A stretch of DNA of 63,371 bases, the filler included, from Rozella allomycis CSF55 (taxonomy: Eukaryota): assembly GCA_000442015.1 (NCBI GenBank). It is 5 parts of 5 records of this genome, joined end to end, with 100 filler letters (N's around TTAATTAATTAA, not from the genome) between each part and the next. Parts side by side here need not be neighbours in the genome. Positions count along the whole stretch, not along the records: positions 55,629 to 62,074 come from KE561152.1; positions 62,175 to 63,371 come from KE561160.1; 3 more parts are not named here. One strand, written 5' to 3'. The notes under the pieces are model-generated. The model was not told the origin of the DNA, did not search any database, and saw only the letters and a program-made list of their open reading frames with translations. Below are positions 61,607-63,371 of the stretch, piece by piece. The position numbers were made by a program, and so were the translations under genes. Positions within the stretch are counted from its first letter, which is position 1. Each line of letters opens with the position of its first letter.

Positions 61607-62074
61607 ATATAGGTACTAGAATGACCCCGGAGACACCTTCCATAATGTGTCATCCCCTTTATCCCATATCAATAAATATATTTTTTAATGCATTTTAAAG
61701 AATATTGCCTTAGGTTCTGATGAATTTTTTTTGAGATTCAAAATACGAACTTCACACCCCGCTCTTTCCTCAAAAGTTTACAATAACAAAACGGAGACCC
61801 CAATTCTGTGTTTGCTGCATATAAATGCATAAAAAATAATTTTAAAAAATAAAAAACTCGCTCACAAAAAATTTGGTGTTGTCTCCGGTTTGAGGATATA
61901 TTCGAAATTTTCGATATATTTGCCGTCTCGGAGACACACGATGAAACGCCTTTTTTCAATGTTTGGAGATCAGGAAAATGCTGAAGAGAGTAAAAAAATA
62001 TTATTTATGACCTTTAAAGTTGGCTCCGATGTCTTGGCTGGTTTGCAAGACTTGGATTCATCGGATTCTGAGGA
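61607..62074 (+). mobile_element. Putative DNA transposon/MITE end inserted at TA
   Basis: Same terminus as 60993; internal CGGAGACA-type repeats (61628, inverted ~61880, 61929). Confidence 0.45.
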
Positions 62075-62118
62075 NNNNNNNNNNNNNNNNNNNNNNNNNN
62101 NNNNNNNNNNNNNNNNNN

Positions 62119-62130
62119 TTAATTAATTAA
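62119..62130. other. Artificial scaffold linker
   Basis: TTAATTAATTAA within N run. Confidence 0.95.
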
Positions 62131-63371
62131 NNNNNNNNNNNNNNNNNNNNNNNNNNNNNNNNNNNNNNNNNNNNTTTGTATTACAATGAAAATCGGCCTG
62201 CATACCTAAAAAACGGTGAATTCTTGTCTCGTTTATTATACCTAGTTCGCGGACAGTAGCTCACGTCATCTTAGTCCGACCTCATCAGATTCATGGATAC
62301 ATATTTTCTTTAGCAACTCCTCATGACAGTGATTGTGTGCTCCTGATCTAATTAAGTTTTCGTACTTTGTTTCCCTAAACCTTGCAATCAAATAGTTCAT
62401 CGCTATCTTTAATAGCATCTTAGTTCAATTCTCCGCAATAGGATCTAGGTGAGACTTGCCATCCCTTTGATACTCACTTGGCTTACGATTAGCTGTTAAG
62501 ATAGCGCAGCTCTATTGGAAAACATAACCTTATTTCACTAGTTAACAAAGAGTAAAGCTCATCCGAATCCTGATCACTTGGCGCATCAATTGGAATAATT
62601 TCTTTTGAGAGGCAAGTCAGCGGAAAGACAAGATAAAATTCAAAGACCATTAGAGTATACTTCACACATCATTCATCGGATATAATTGATTGATACCCTT
62701 CAATTGCCCATTCCATCATTGTATCACTCTTTTATGCTTTTAGCTTGGAACAAAACGAATGAAAACTACAGAATCAGTTTGACTCTCTTTGGCTACATGT
62801 GGTATCAAATATCTTCTCATAAATGTCTTTTGCGATATCAAGCGTTCCATGGCCTGACATTCTTCGATTTCAATTTACATTTTCTTAATTCTTTAATGGT
62901 AAACTTTCATTCTATGAATATTGAATTAGGATTTAGAAGTGGATATTTGAAGAAGACCATTGACCAGATCCAAGATATCAAGAATCGAATATCGTAAAGT
63001 CCATGGTAATCACCCCCGATATATCATTTCATTATGCTTACGATCTGTTGATACTCTTAGGAACATTTCCTTGGTGTTCTTTTCAATGATTTCTTTAAAT
63101 GCGTCGTAAATTTTCGAAATGACAGAAACGAATTTAAATCCGAATAATATACGATGTGTAAATGAAAAATGTCGTACTCTTATACTTAAAAAGAATTCAG
63201 CAGAATTAAAAACAAATTTAACGGTAACATGAAATTCAGTTTTCNCCCCCGATATATCATTTCATTATGCTTACGATCTGTTGATACTCTTAGGAACATT
63301 TCCTTGGTGTTCTTTTCAATGATTTCTTTAAATGCGTCGTAAATTTTCGAAATGACAGAAACGAATTTAAA

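Noticed and set aside
62175-63371. ORF 62686-62997 and possible minus-strand relic
   Set aside because: No motif recognised, and the minus-strand frames I checked are interrupted by stops.

Overview
AT-rich eukaryotic DNA, most consistent with a compact, flagellated early-diverging fungus or parasite (Rozella/Cryptomycota-like; this is inference from ~26-35 nt introns, tiny intergenic spacers and the ciliary gene MYCBP). The window is not one locus. N-TTAATTAATTAA-N linkers at 28065, 48016, 55573 and 62119 join five scaffolds, and single 'n' bases join small overlapping contigs. Bases 1-28020 are gene-dense: FHA-GAF-adenylyl cyclase, peroxiredoxin Q, ATP5, PKA regulatory subunit, ERICH2-like, MYCBP, a secreted protein with a PP1-docking domain, RBM5/10-like, tRNA-Tyr, PCNA, a non-coding two-snoRNA host gene, PCS60, OPI10, SAM37, an aldo-keto reductase, DHR2-like helicase, a secreted AIG1 GTPase, a PPR protein, other secreted proteins and partial APN1. 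Bases 28121-63371 are mostly decayed transposons (Helitron, LINE, copia, gypsy/chromovirus, a TIR element) plus an F-box/ankyrin gene. Three highlights: (1) a snoRNA host transcript whose two introns abut directly (AG|GTAAGT, zero-length exon); (2) a Ty3/gypsy chromovirus with a DIRS-type adenine methyltransferase domain between RNase H and integrase; (3) a signal-peptide protein with a Phactr/neurabin/Bni4-type PP1-binding module, a candidate host-phosphatase effector.
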